Of a stretch of 64,000 nucleotides of DNA, positions 23,496 to 36,898 are shown piece by piece (positions within the stretch are counted from its first letter, which is position 1; every line of letters begins with the position of its first letter). The notes beneath the pieces were generated by a model. That model did not search any database. It had not been told where the DNA came from and worked only from the letters and a program-made list of their open reading frames with translations. The stretch is from a virus: the IMG/VR virus record IMGVR_UViG_3300014806_000004. The stretch is one strand, 5' to 3'. The position numbers were made by a program, and so were the translations under genes.

Positions 23496-26400
23496 TTACG
23501 CAAATTGGGCATAGATACCGTGCTAATTTTCTTTAGAAACATTTACATTTAGACTTCCTCCAGTTATCCATATTCCGCCACCTTCTGTTCGTAGAGCTAT
23601 GTTTCTAGAAGATTTTAAAATAATACTATGATCTCCTCGTTCAGTAAGAATACCAATATTCTCAGTAGGACCATAATCATCTTCTCCTTCAACATATCCT
23701 AAAGTTCCCAGCTTATTTCTCCAACGATTATCTAAAAATATATCTACTTGATTCGTCTAAACTAAACCATTATATAGTCTTGTGGCACCATTTTCCAATC
23801 CGCTTTCACTGATGATCCAGCCACCAATCTCACCATTATCACAAGTCAAAGTAGTTGCATTAATATCTCCGCTAATATCTACATTGTCTGATTCAAAATC
23901 ATCACACACAATTCTACCATTTGAATATAGTGTAGTTCTTCCTCCAGAAATTCTATTTGAACTGATGATCCAGCCACCAATCTCACCATTATCTGCATAA
24001 ATTGAACCATTAATCGTTGCATTTTTACACTACATTTCTCCAGAGCTAGTAACATAAAAGTAAGAAGATCCAGAGAAAACTGGTCTATCTGCCGTACTGC
24101 TAGAACTAGCTCCTGCCCAAAAACGATAAGTACCAGAGCTCGCTATTCCAGTTCTATAATTATCACTAGTTAACTTATTAGAAGAAAGAATCCAACCTCC
24201 AATATTTCCCTATTTAGCAGTAATTAATCCGCCTTTAGAAACAGAAAATTTAGCACTTGATGCTGTAGCACTTCCTGCCCAAATAGCAAAATCATTATTA
24301 TTAGTAGGAGTAGAAGTATTGGTTGGAGATTGGCTATTTAATTCAACTCTCGTTGAGCCAGAGCCGCTATATAGTCTATTGGTTTCAATAGTCCAACCAT
24401 TAGATCCTGTTTTCGTTCCTCCAATTTTACCAGAAGAGGCGTAAATAGTCCCTGAAACTTCTGCATTGGTTGCTTTTACAGTTCCATTATATTTTACTGT
24501 AAAAGCTCCTCCGCCAATCTTTATAGCTTCGGTAGATCCATCTGCTTTAAGATCAGCAAGAGTAATAGTCATTCCATTAGAGGCATCCCCACCTTCTTCT
24601 GAAGAATTCCCTCCACCATAAATCTTCGCTGAAGTTCCATCAATAATAATCTATCCTCCACCACTTTTAGCTCCAAAAAACGCTGTTCCATTTTCCATTA
24701 AACCAAAAGTATTAACTCCAGCTTTATAACCATATAAACCTATTTTATCTTGAACACTATCTTTTCCCATAACTACACCAGTAAAACGATTAAAACTATC
24801 TTTCTCTCCTGCTCCAATCTATGGAGCTAAGATATACTAGCCATTTTCTTCATCAATTTGTAGCTATGTGCCATCCCATCCATTTATTAGCTCATTGCCA
24901 TATGTATCAAGATATAAAATAACGGGATGGTAGATATATTTTCCTTCATATTCACATTTTAATAAAGCAATACTATTATCTTCAAAAATAAAACTAGATG
25001 CAGGTTCAAGATAATAAAGATTATCTTTTTCTTCAACTGTTAAAATTTCTTTTACAAGAGAAGAAATATTGCGACTATAATCCTAATTATCAACAATAAA
25101 TTCAATGTTATTGCTATAAAAGGATGGATTAACACCAGACGCAGTATATTTAATATAAGAAGGAATGGAACTAATATCAATATTATTTAATTCATCATCA
25201 CTAAAATTAACAGCAACATCAATAGGATAATTACAGTAAATTTCATAGGCTCTATTATTCTTATTGTCATTTATAGTTACCTAAACTTTTACATATCCAC
25301 CTGTTGGATTTGAAATTAATTGTGTTGTACCACTTGCTATTTTGCGGTCATCATTTTCACCTTCCCGCAATTCAATATTAACACCAGTCCATTTATAAGA
25401 TAAGATGTAATTACCATTATTATTAATTAATTCTCCATCTTTATATACATAGCATCTTATAGGTAATTCATTTACCCAAGATTCATCTCTATAAACTAAT
25501 GGAGTTAATCCAGATAGTTTCAATCCAGTGTCAGGATCAAATGGTCTAATAGCACTTACATACGTAGTACCGTTCGTACCCTAATCACCATCTTTTAAGA
25601 ATAGAATTTCTTTTCGGAAAGAATATTCCTGCTCATCCATAGTGATTATACGAACTAAGATAGTATTATTGTTAAAATTAACTTTATATTTCTACTTAAT
25701 AGTATAATGTAAAATATTACTATTGTCAACCCAGAGATTTTCAATCATAGACTCACTAGGATTATATCTTGAATTAGTAATATCTTTTCCATCTGGACCA
25801 ATCCATTCTACTTTATAAGAAGTTCCTACTCCATCTTTCCAAGTTAAAACAACTTGAAGAGTGCGCTCTTTTTCAGCGTCTTCAATAGCTATATCTCCAT
25901 TTGCATCATATCTGAATGTATCTTCTCCATTATAGGTAATTGTTACATCTTCTTCAGAAGAGCTGTTTGTAACAAGATGTTCTAATACAGAGATAATCTC
26001 GATATGTTCTTTATTATAAACTCCACAAATAAAAGTGACAGAAGAGTACAATAACAAATTAGTAACTGTGATGGAATTTTGCTATAATCCAACTGCTGTA
26101 TAGCTTCCATCTGGATAAAGCATATACCAATCTCCAATAAGAACGGTGTTATCCGCATTGTTCTAAATTTGAATGATAATATCTTCTCCTACTGTTGTTT
26201 GTTTAAGCTAAAAATCATAGTTACTTGTTAAATTATATATTATTACTTCCGCACTCAATGTTACGCTATCATTATATATAACCACTAATTTATACTACTT
26301 CTAATGTTTCACTTGCTCAGCCTTAAGTGTCATCGTATTGCTCTCGGACGCTGTGACGGGAGCCCATCCTACACCACCATTTTTATCGTAAGAATCGCTA

Positions 26401-27410
26401 CCTAACAAAACACTTACATCTCGCTCAAACCACTTACATTTACAAGTTTGTTCATCTATTATATTATCACCCTAATAAATTAATCGACCAACTAAATCAA
26501 GAGAAGAGATCTCGTTGGTAAATGAATTTCCTTGCGGGGTCGAAATATCTAAATAATATAAATTATCTGTTAAATCTTTCTGTTCAACAAACTAAATCTC
26601 TATATCCTTTACAAAAATGTTAGGTACAGTTCTATTCTCTTTATCTGTAACTACACCAGATTCCACATAACGATCATAGACAAAATTTTCTTCAAATAAC
26701 TTAATCTATTTAAGTCCAGTTAAATAATTTTTTTGAGCCTTAATAACCACAGATTGCGGGCTGTAGACCTAAAAGCGATAGGGGTCTCCATTAAAAGAAC
26801 TTAAATCAAGCTTATAAGAAACTATATCTCCACTTTTTGTAAAGAACTATATATCTAAACCATAATTTCCTTTGGTGTGTTCACAATGGAAAGTAGTTAA
26901 GAAAGAGGCTTTTATTCTAATAAACTCATTGTTATTTGCATACTATTGGAATAGTCCATGATATCCTTCTTCATTACCACTATAAATAATCTACTAACTT
27001 AAATCACTATCTGCTGGTGCGCCTGCTACGACGCCCCTTTCCGCATCTTTGTCATAATCATACATTGTATCAAATGTTGGGCTTTTTTCTATTATTGAAT
27101 TAGAAAGTGACAGCATCTCTCCATATGATAATGATTGTTCATTTATCTTACAAACAATTCTTTTTCTTGCAGATAAATCATCCTGGGGAATAGTAACATA
27201 TACAGTATCCCCTACTTTATACTGCTTTTTTACATCATCCGCAAAAGCAGAAACTATATTTCCAGAATATTTAACTTTATACTCTCCGCTATCAAGATTA
27301 ACAATACTACTAATCTCTGCTGAAATAGTCTTATCATAAGTTAATTTTGATAGTGCTTTATCAACTAGAATATCTATCGTCTAAAAGATAGATTCAGAAG
27401 CAGTATTCAT
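23496..27410 (-). CDS. Large fibre-like tail protein (1304 aa) with GGW repeats
   Basis: RBS AAGGAGGA. The continuous frame links the ORF fragments 25692..26057, 25281..25523 and 24210..24572. Repeated motifs NGEIGGWIIS(S/E) / GNIGGWILSSN / GWTIETNRLYSG are typical of phage fibres. About 25 in-frame TAGs. It sits where Dit/Tal normally follow the tape measure gene. Confidence 0.5.
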
Positions 27411-27432
27411 TATTTATCCTCCTTTTTCTCAT

Positions 27433-27469
27433 AGGGATAATAGGGGAGGAAATCTCCCCTATTATCCCT
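27433..27469. terminator. Perfect palindromic hairpin overlapping the tape-measure stop
   Basis: agggataataggggaGGAAATctcccctattatccct. Confidence 0.5.
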
Positions 27470-30400
27470 TTCTTCTATTTGCCCATTGAGTAGCATCATC
27501 AGCCAAACTACGAATAGCATCTTGAATTTCATCAGAAGATGTCGCATTTGGGAACTCAACTCGCTCAATATTTATATACGGTTCAACTGTGTTATCTGCT
27601 GGAGTAATCTAAGTATTAGATCCTAATCTTGATGCCATAAGATTAGAAATAGATAGTGCATTTCCATCAAGCGCTTTCTCTATAGAAGCTATAAAACTAG
27701 GTTCAAAAGCTCTTATAGCAGAAACCGCCGCGAGAATATTTTTCGTATCTTCTTGATTTAAAACTAACTCTTTTTCGTGCAAGAAAGCTAATTTAGCATT
27801 ATCAAATTCTCCAGTATAACCTCCTGTATCAAATCCGCTTATTTGACTTTCTTTTAACCAGCCATATGCAGAATTATTAGACTATACATGAATCGGATAT
27901 GGTCTGCCTTTAGCTATATTAGTTATTTTAACTTTCTTGCCGGGCCCACGTCTACCTGCTGGATCTGTGCCATAAGAATCATGATAATAAGTTCCACCAG
28001 TATAAATGACTTCGTCTCCTACTTCTGGGATTCCATTGCCACTTCCAGCTCCTCCACTGGAAGATCCGCTATTACTATTGCTAGAGTTATTATCAGAAGA
28101 TTGATCTGAATTAGCGGGAGGTAAATCATCTTTATCTATTCCTCCAGCGCTTTCTATTGTATTTCCAGCTGCTCTAGCAGCCTCCTCAAGAGCCCTTATA
28201 TATTCTCTAACTGATTCAGCCATGTCTAAATATTCTTGACTTAAATCTTGAATAGTGCTTATCTATTCTAACATCTAAGTGACAGCTTTCGATCCTGCAT
28301 CAGAACATAAATCAGTAGAAGTTGAAACATCGTCAATATAATCTTTTAAATCATCAAGGCTTGTTCCAGTCTAATCAGCCACTCCAGAGACAGTAGTTTG
28401 ATAATCTTCCATTGCTTCACTTGCTTCGTCCATGGCTTTAGATAGAAAATCTTCAAAATTTCCAGCATTAGAAGTCATATTAGCAAGATCTTTTGCAAAA
28501 ACATTATCAAATAAATCAATAAGTTTTGTATTACTTCCAACTATATCTTGAATCTATTCATTATCGGATAATAACAAATCAATAATACTAGAGCCAGAGT
28601 TAGCTATAATATCCTGAATTTCTTGACTTGTAATTCCAGTTAGATCACTTACCTTATCTCCCGCAACAATAGCCATATCAATTAAGGCTTTATTACCGGC
28701 TTCGGTCATATCCTAAATAGCGATCTGTTTTTCGTTCTCTAGATCCTTAACCTTCTGCGTATAATAAGAATAGATTTCTTGCGCGCGGGCAGATCTTTCC
28801 TCATCAGTCAAGGTCATATCAGAATAAATCTCTTTTATTTTATTCTGACATTCCTGCCAAGTAGAAATAATTTCTCTAGTAACATCTTCAACCTATTGTT
28901 TAGCTATATTATACCATTCATTCTCTGCATCAAGTAAATTCTATTCCGCATCTGCTATCTAGCTCGCATCTGCGGTGTATTGATAATTCCAGTTACCTTG
29001 ACTATCTCTTACTAATCTAAGCTGATTCTTTGCATTTTGAGCATCTTCAAGAGCCATCTGGGCCTAAAGAACATTATACTTGGCTTCAAGAATTTCTAGA
29101 TCATATTCAGATAGAGTATTATTCTCTCTACGAATGTCAATTTCTTCTTGTAACTATTTCAACTAATCTTTCATTTTAGAATTAGTGGCTTTATCAATAT
29201 CCTATTGAAGTTTATTATACCAAGAAGATACTTCATATGCTTCATTTACTTTATCTAAATATCTATCTTCTTGCTCAATGTAATGATCGAACTTGTCTTG
29301 TAGCAAATCTAAGCCAACTCCGCCAGAAACCGCCTATCCAAATTCATATACGGCTCTTTCAATAGCCTAAGTATACATTTCTTGTGCAGTTTCCATAGCG
29401 GCTTGCGCGGAACTTAACATCGCCTATTGAGCTTCATTATATTCTTCTAATAATGCATCTCGATTAGCTTTTAAACCATCATATGCTGGATCTGTTTCAT
29501 CACCATCTAATGCATCTAACGCACTCTAGGCTTCTAAAAGTTCCTATTTAATGCCGTCGTACCACTATTTATTTAACTGCGCATTTGCTATTTGAGCTTT
29601 CATTGTTTCTTCGCTTACTTTTTGGAGCTATTCAAATCCTTCTTCGGTTTTATATGTAACCCCCTAAAGTGTATACAATTCTTTTATAAGTCCAAGAACT
29701 GATTCATTATGATCAAGTTGATCAGTAAATTCAGCGAATCTTTCAGATGCAGCGTCTAATGCATTTGGCAACATTTCTTCAAGACCCTCTACCCAATCAA
29801 GTAGAGCTTCTGCGGTAGAAATTATTTTACCCTATAAATCAGATATTTTACTTATAATTCCATCAATACTAGTCGCATCCGTTGCGTTAGCCAATTCTTC
29901 TTGATAACTTTTAAGTGTTTCTTCATAATCCTTGATTATTTTTATATTTTCGTTCACACTATTTTCATCAATACGAGCGACTTCAATACCATGAGTTAAT
30001 TCATCACCAAATGATTCTGCAATCTTTTTAGTTAATTCACGAACAGCATCTTTAGCATCTTTTATTTCTATTACAACTTCAAGTTTATATTCAATCTAAC
30101 TCAATCTATTGTCTGCGATGCTTCTCTCTAGTTCTTCCTATTCGTCCTTTACTTCTTGAATTTTGTCAAGAGTTTCTTCATATTGGGCGAGAGCATCCTA
30201 ACGAGCTTGAAATAATTCATCAGCAGCTTCCTTTTGTAACTGCCAACTATCATATTCTGCCTATCTAGCTTCCTATTCATCTTTAGTAAGATTACTAAAG
30301 GTAACTAAAAAAGCATTATAATCTGCCAAGAAATTATTATTATAATCATCTATTATAGATTGAAGAACACTTTGATAACCTTCAATTTCTCCATTTTCAT

Positions 30401-33400
30401 CAAAAATAAGAGAATTATTAAACAACCCTTGAAGATCTGCCTAGTCTTTTGTAAGATAAGTTTCAGCTTCATTAAGTAGTTTGTTATAATTAGCTTGCTA
30501 TTTCTCTAATTCTTGAAGTTCTCTCTAGTATGCTTGAAGTTTATTGGCGCCATAGGCTCTATCTATATTATTTCCAATATCATCTAATAAATCGTTCTAA
30601 TTCTCAATTTCGCGAGTTATTTCATGGTATCTATCTTCAATATCCTTTAGAGTCTTTTCATCTTCTTCGTCATACTTAGTGCCTTCATTATCTCCGCCAC
30701 TTGAACTTCCCTTTACTCCTTCTATAGCTCCATCAATAGAATCTAATAATTTGCTCTAGGCTATTTTTGCTGCTGCTATAGCCTCATTATACCCATCAAT
30801 ACTCCCCTAATAAATGGCCCTTAGCGCTTCTCCAACTGCCTAAGATTGCTTAGCTTCAAGTGCCTCACTAGCATCACCATAAATATTTAAATCGTCTGCG
30901 GTTACAGGTTCTACATCTAAATTTGCAGTTAAAGAATTTAAGAAATCATCAGCGTTACTCGTATCTATTGTTGTTGCAGCCGAACTATCAAAAGAAACAG
31001 CAGAAGTATCAAAATCTTGCTTAGTAACATTATCAGTTCCTATTTGAGATACTTGAATTCCAGTAGCATATGCCGCATCTCTAATTTTTTCAAGATTAGC
31101 AAGAACATTTTGAGTATTTAACTATACATTAGTACTCATGTTCTGCGCGCCCTAAGCAGAATACTCGCTAACATTAGTCCATAAAGTCTACTAATTTGTA
31201 TCTTGTGCGGTTAAACTATTGACCTAATCATCTAACATTTCTCCATTAGCAAGATTCTAAGCATTTACATATCCCGCTAATAAAGTTCTCTTCTGCTCAT
31301 CTGATAATTCGTTTATAGTTAATTCTCCAGAAGCTAGCTGATTAGCGATCTTAAGCGAAGCTTCAGCCTCTCCTCGTTTAGCCTCTAAAAGAGAAATAAG
31401 ATTTTGAAGCATATTAGATTTGGTATCAGCATCAACAGCTAATTGCCCCTAAGAACTATTATAAAATGCTTGATACATCTCATCTGTTAAAGCAAATGTA
31501 CCATCCCTTAATAGTTCCGCGTTAGCTATAAAACCTGGATAGATAGATTCAATAGCCTTAGCTGCTTCTCTACTAAAACTCCAAACTTGTTCTCCAGCTT
31601 CATTGGTAGTCTAGCTTACTCCATCAGAAATAGCATCGAATACACTTACAATTCCATCAACGGAATTTTCAATCTAATCTAATTGATTCTAAAAATTTAA
31701 TTCTGCATTTATTTGTAACTAAGCTGTGCTAGAATCTATATCATCCTATAAACTACTAATTAGCTACTCTGCTAAAGTTACAGTATCAATTTTATCTTGA
31801 GCTTCTTTTGTCCCATACTCAAATGCACTAGCTACGTTATCCGCAGTTTCGGTTTTAAAAGATTCCCAATCAAAATTTTCACCTAACAAATCCCAATCAA
31901 TCGTATAATTATCAAGATTAAATTCTTCTCCGCCATTTAAGCTACCTTGATAATCATTATACGCTTCTCGAACTTGTTCCCAAGCATAAACAACTTTTTC
32001 TGCACGTTCTAATTCAGAATCGCTATATTGATTTAAAATATCCTATTGCTCAGTTATTCTCTTTTTTGCTTCACTAATCTAATCTATTAATCCATTATTG
32101 ACAGCCTAATAGGACTCATTTATAATCCTCTATAAATAACTCTATTGTTCAACTAAAGTCATAGCAAGGAACTAATTAAAATCAATAATTCCTTTTTCTT
32201 GATTTCCCCAATCAACAGTTTTAGAAAGTGATTCTAATCCTTCTCGATCTAAATCTCTATCTCCAAGAGTTTCTAAGGCAGATTGTGCAGTAGTTAAAGA
32301 TTCTGTTGCGTTTTCAACTTCGGAAATAGCATCAGTATATTTTTTAGCACTGTCATAGGCATCCTAAAAAGTCTCCTATGTTAAAGCACCCCAATTTAAT
32401 AAATTTAATACAGAAGTATCATAATTTTCATCTGTAAAAATAGATTCAAGATTACTTTTTAATTCTTCATCATTGACTAATTCTTCAACCTCTAAAATTG
32501 CGTCATAAATATCTTTAAAGCCACTAATATCAGGATTCAGAGAAGTAGATACTAAATCATTGATTATATCGTTTAATTCTTCGCCTTCATACCCAGCAGA
32601 AGTGAGCGCCTCTGTAACTTCGTTAACCCAAATTTTATACTACGCTAAACTTGATACTTGATCATCGGTAATAGTCTAATTATTAAACTCTCCAAGCTAT
32701 ACCCGAATAGTATTTATACTCTCTTTAGTTTCTTTATATTGAGTGACAACCTCTTCCATTTTATCTCGCCACTCAACAGCAGCATTGTAAAGTCCAGATG
32801 CTCCTCTTTCCGAAACAGTCATGCTATTATTCATCAAATTAATAGCATTATTTAATTGATCATAAAAATTAATTAATTCTTCTGTATTATTTGGGTCTAT
32901 AGAAAAAGCTAAGTTTCTTCTTCCGCCAATTACATTGTCATTCCAACTACTATATAAAGCGTCCACATTATTGAGAAGAATATTAGATGCAGTATCTTCT
33001 TCGGTGCCATTCCAAAAATCATTAAAACCAGTAAAAGACCCCTCATAATTTCCACCAAAATATACGTGGCCCACGCCTTCTCTCGCGGTTTCAAGAATGA
33101 GAGTTTCATTCGCACGTAACGCTTCTTCTTGGGACTACAAAGTTTCCTAAAGTTCTCTTCTTTGAGCTTCTTGAGCAGCTTTTAAAACACTATTATAATC
33201 TTCATACTATCCACTTAGTCTAGCTAATGCACTGCCTTCTAAATCATACGCTTCAGCCAACTAACGAGTTAAATCATCTAACTCTTCTTTTCCATCCCCA
33301 GTTTCTTGATAAGTAGATAAGGCATTTTGAGTAGATTGAATTAACTCTCTATTCGCTTGTGCTTCTTCTTTTTTTGCATTTGCCGCATCAATAGAGGCCT

Positions 33401-36188
33401 AAGCAGCAGCCAAGGTTGCTTCATGCTATGCTTTTATAGCACTTGTTATTGCAGTAATCGCTATTATTGCTACCATAATTGCAGCAGTTAAGATGCCGGA
33501 AGCCATAGCGGCTTTCTGCTTCGCCATAGCAAGCTATTCTGTCGCTAAAGCCTCTACTGATGTTGCCGCGGCGTCCGCCGCTGCTGCAACAGCATGAGCA
33601 GTAGTTAACATATTTAAAGTTTTATAAACAGAAATAATAGAGGGTAGTAACATACCAAGAGAAGTAAACAAAGCTACAATTCTTTCAGTTGAAGTCATAT
33701 CTTCATCAGAAAAAATTCTTCCAATGCTCTAAAAAGCATTCATAATCATAGTTAAACTAGAAAGAGAACTTCCAACCTAAACCAATATTGTAGCCCAATC
33801 TCTCGTTGGTATTAATGCTTTTGTAATTACACTAGGGAACTTCGCTAACAATTCCTAATATCGAGCCTCTTGTTCAGTTGTTCTTGCAGTAACAGACTCC
33901 AATTTTGTTAATTCATTAATATAAGAAGTAACTACTCTTGGATCGGCTCCCATAGTCTATAAAATAGTCCCAAGTTCACGAATTTGCAATTTTGCATTTT
34001 GAGACTAATTTTTTAACCCCTCTAATTGCTAAGTCAGCCATTCAATCTAAGCATAATTATGTTCTTTGCCCGTAACACTAGATAATAAATTACGAAGGCT
34101 GTCTCTAGTCGCAGTTCCAGCGCTTTCAAGTTTTTTAAATTCTTGATACACTGTATCAAGTTTTGTAGATTGCTAAATTAAACTAGTTAACTAAGTAGTA
34201 ACATCATTATAAATTTTATCAAGGTTACTATTAGCTCTTATATTTAACTAAATTTGATTACTTTTATTTCTACTATTAAATTTATTTATTTCTGCTTTAA
34301 CTTCTTCTTGCCAGCCATCTTTTATTCCTATATTAAAATAAATAGTATCTCTAAGATTTAATACATTTTCCCTAGACTAAATCTACTACTAAGAATATGT
34401 CTTTAACTAATCTTGCAAAATACTTAATTTTAACTGTTCTGTCTAAATTAATCTACGACCATTAGCATCCATCGCGTCGTAGTTACTATTTATTTGGCCC
34501 TATATATTAGCCTAGTCAACCATAATATTAAAAAGATTTTTTTCAGCCTAAGACATAGAGTTTGTTAAGCCTAATTGAGTTGCTATCTCAGCCGCTGATG
34601 CCTACAAATTTCTCGCTCTATTCTACTCTAATCCAGATAGAACTTTTATATTAGCCACCATAGAACGCATTGATTCAGCAATCTTATTTCCATAAATCCC
34701 ATTAATCAACAAAGCGGTACTAGCTAAAATACCATTTAACCCTCCCATTGCATCAATGGCGTCTGCAATACCAGATAAAAATGGAGTTAAGACATTATCT
34801 GCATTTATATACAAATCTGGATTTATGACACTATCATAAATATCCTCAGCAGATGCTTTTACTCTATCTCTAGCAGCTTCCCAAGATTCAGCATAAATAT
34901 CTGCCTGTTCCTAAAGAGATCCCTCTGCTCCATAAGCACTAGCTAAATTCTCCTAAAAGAAATCCCAATTATCCATAAGTGTAATAAGACGAGTATATTG
35001 GCGAACTCCGGCTACGGTCTAAGCCAAAGCAATCTACTAGTCATTAGATAAGGTCTCCCATTTTGAACCCATTTCATCAAGTAAGGTATCCATAGTTTTA
35101 ATCTCACCATTAACATCAAAAATATCAATACCCACTTTTTCAAGAGCTTTAGAATATTTATTTAATGTAGTGCCATCATCGAGAGTTTCTCCAAGATTTA
35201 AGCCTTGGATACGAGCAAATAAAGTTCTAAATGCTGTACCTACTGTATTAGCAGACTCACGTGTCGTAGCAGTGACAGTAGCAAGAGCAGAAGCAGCATA
35301 TTCGTAACTTAATCCAACTGTATCTGCTACAGAGGCAAATTGTTGGATACCTTCTGAAATTTCATCAGAGCTAGACGCTGTATCGGCGCCTAAACGCACC
35401 ATTACATCAGCATAATATTCAAGACTCTTACTTCCATCATAGAAGTTGTTCCAAACTGCGGTCAGCTGATCCGAAGCGGTCTATGCACTAATTCCTGCGG
35501 CATTAGCCATTTTAATAGTAGTTTCAGTTCTATCTAAAACTTCCTATTCAGTAAGACCCTATTGATAATAAATCAAAGCAGCATCACTATATTCAACAGT
35601 AGTTGTACTTAATGCTTTTGCTGCTTCATTTGCCTATTGAGCAAATTTAGCCATGTCTTCCGCAGAATTTTCAGTAACTATACGAATATTTGTTAATGAT
35701 TCATTTAGATCTTGTGCATACCCATAAGCTGATTCTATGGTTCCCACAAAACTATTTAACGCGGTGGAGGTAATCTGCCATCTCATAGTATTTTTCATAG
35801 TAATCCATAACTAATCAAATATTTTGCCAGTGCGCAATGCTGGAAGCTCCGCTTTTTGAATCGCTGTTGCTACATTTAAAAAAGCCTTTTGCCCCTCGGT
35901 ACCAATCGAAATTAACGAGTTGGCATAATCTTTAAGAGTTCTTCCGCTAGATTTTAAACTATTTTCAAAAGCTACTAAATCTAACTTTCCAGTCCCTTGA
36001 TTAAATGCCTAATGCATATAAGTAGATAACTCTAGCGCAGACTAAGAAGCTTGTCGCAATTCTGCTGTAACTTTAGAACCGGCACTGATTTTATTTAAAG
36101 ATTGAACTGCCTCGTTTACTGCTCTGTAAAGTTCAGCAGTATCAACATCAAACCCAATCTAATAATTTAATCTTCTATTATTAGCCAC
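27462..36188 (-). CDS. Tail tape measure protein (2908 aa)
   Basis: GTG start 9 nt after AAGGAGG. One frame (top coordinate congruent to 2 mod 3) links the ORF fragments 35037..35402, 34623..34814, 32697..33074 and 27882..28223. The N-terminal region has the TP901/phage TMP signature (DTVGLSYEYAASALATVTATTRESANTVGTAFRTLFARIQG...) followed by long coiled-coil sequence. Every internal stop I checked is TAG. Confidence 0.85.
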
Positions 36189-36223
36189 AATCCTTTTCCT
36201 CCTTTATCACCCATAAAACAAAT

Positions 36224-36256
36224 AAGGCTCTTGAGAATTATATCTCAAGAGCCTTT
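36224..36256. terminator. Hairpin between the chaperone gene and the tape-measure gene
   Basis: aaggctcttgagaATTATATctcaagagcctt. Confidence 0.4.
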
Positions 36257-36293
36257 TAATTCTCTATCTAATTTGTAAATTATATTAGATTTA

Positions 36294-36833
36294 TTAATCT
36301 TTTCCAACCACATCTTTAATTACTGATAAAGTTTCAAGATTCTCACCATTTTTAATTTTTTCCATTATATCAGTAATATATGTATCTAATCCAGAAGCAT
36401 TTTTATTCATCATTTGGATAATGCCTGCGGCAGAGTTATTATATCTTGCTATATCGCTTAAAGTATCTCTAACTAAGTCTTCAATAAAAGACAATTCATC
36501 TACTGGAATAGCACTTCTAACTGCATCAATAACACCATTAGTCTCTAGTGTATCATAAGTTTTGGCAATATTTTCATGCACATCTTCTTGCTCAAAAACA
36601 ATTCCACCATACCATCTGCAAATAGCAATAGCAAAATAAGTTTCTACTCTTACCGGACTAAAACACCCAGTCATCTCATCTATCGCTAAATCTGCGACAA
36701 AAGTAATAAGATTTGTTTTATCTGCAATCGGAAGATAATTAACCACAGATAAAATCTTATCTTCTCCAATTTTTACTTCTGTATATTTAATTTTAGGCTC
36801 CAAACCCAAATCTTTAAAAGTAATTTCACTCAT
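36294..36833 (-). CDS. Putative tail assembly chaperone (position immediately upstream of the tape-measure gene)
   Basis: 179-aa acidic TAG-free ORF with no direct homology call. The assignment rests on the conserved chaperone-then-TMP gene order. Confidence 0.45.
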   Translation of the reverse strand: MSEITFKDLGLEPKIKYTEVKIGEDKILSVVNYLPIADKTNLITFVADLAIDEMTGCFSPVRVETYFAIAICRWYGGIVFEQEDVHENIAKTYDTLETNGVIDAVRSAIPVDELSFIEDLVRDTLSDIARYNNSAAGIIQMMNKNASGLDTYITDIMEKIKNGENLETLSVIKDVVGKD

Positions 36834-36898
36834 TGTAAAAACTCCTTTATCTCATTTATATTTTTATTATACTAGAAAAATTAACTATTGTCAAGTTT

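Noticed and set aside
27888-28109. Plus-strand ORFs inside the tape-measure gene (27888..28109, 32658..32855) and similar antisense ORFs at 38617..39132, 43583..43822, 43958..44368, 44976..45281, 46120..46410, 48944..49177 and 49208..49664.
   Set aside because: These are shadow ORFs on the strand opposite confidently assigned genes. They have no RBS, and their low-complexity composition mirrors the sense strand.
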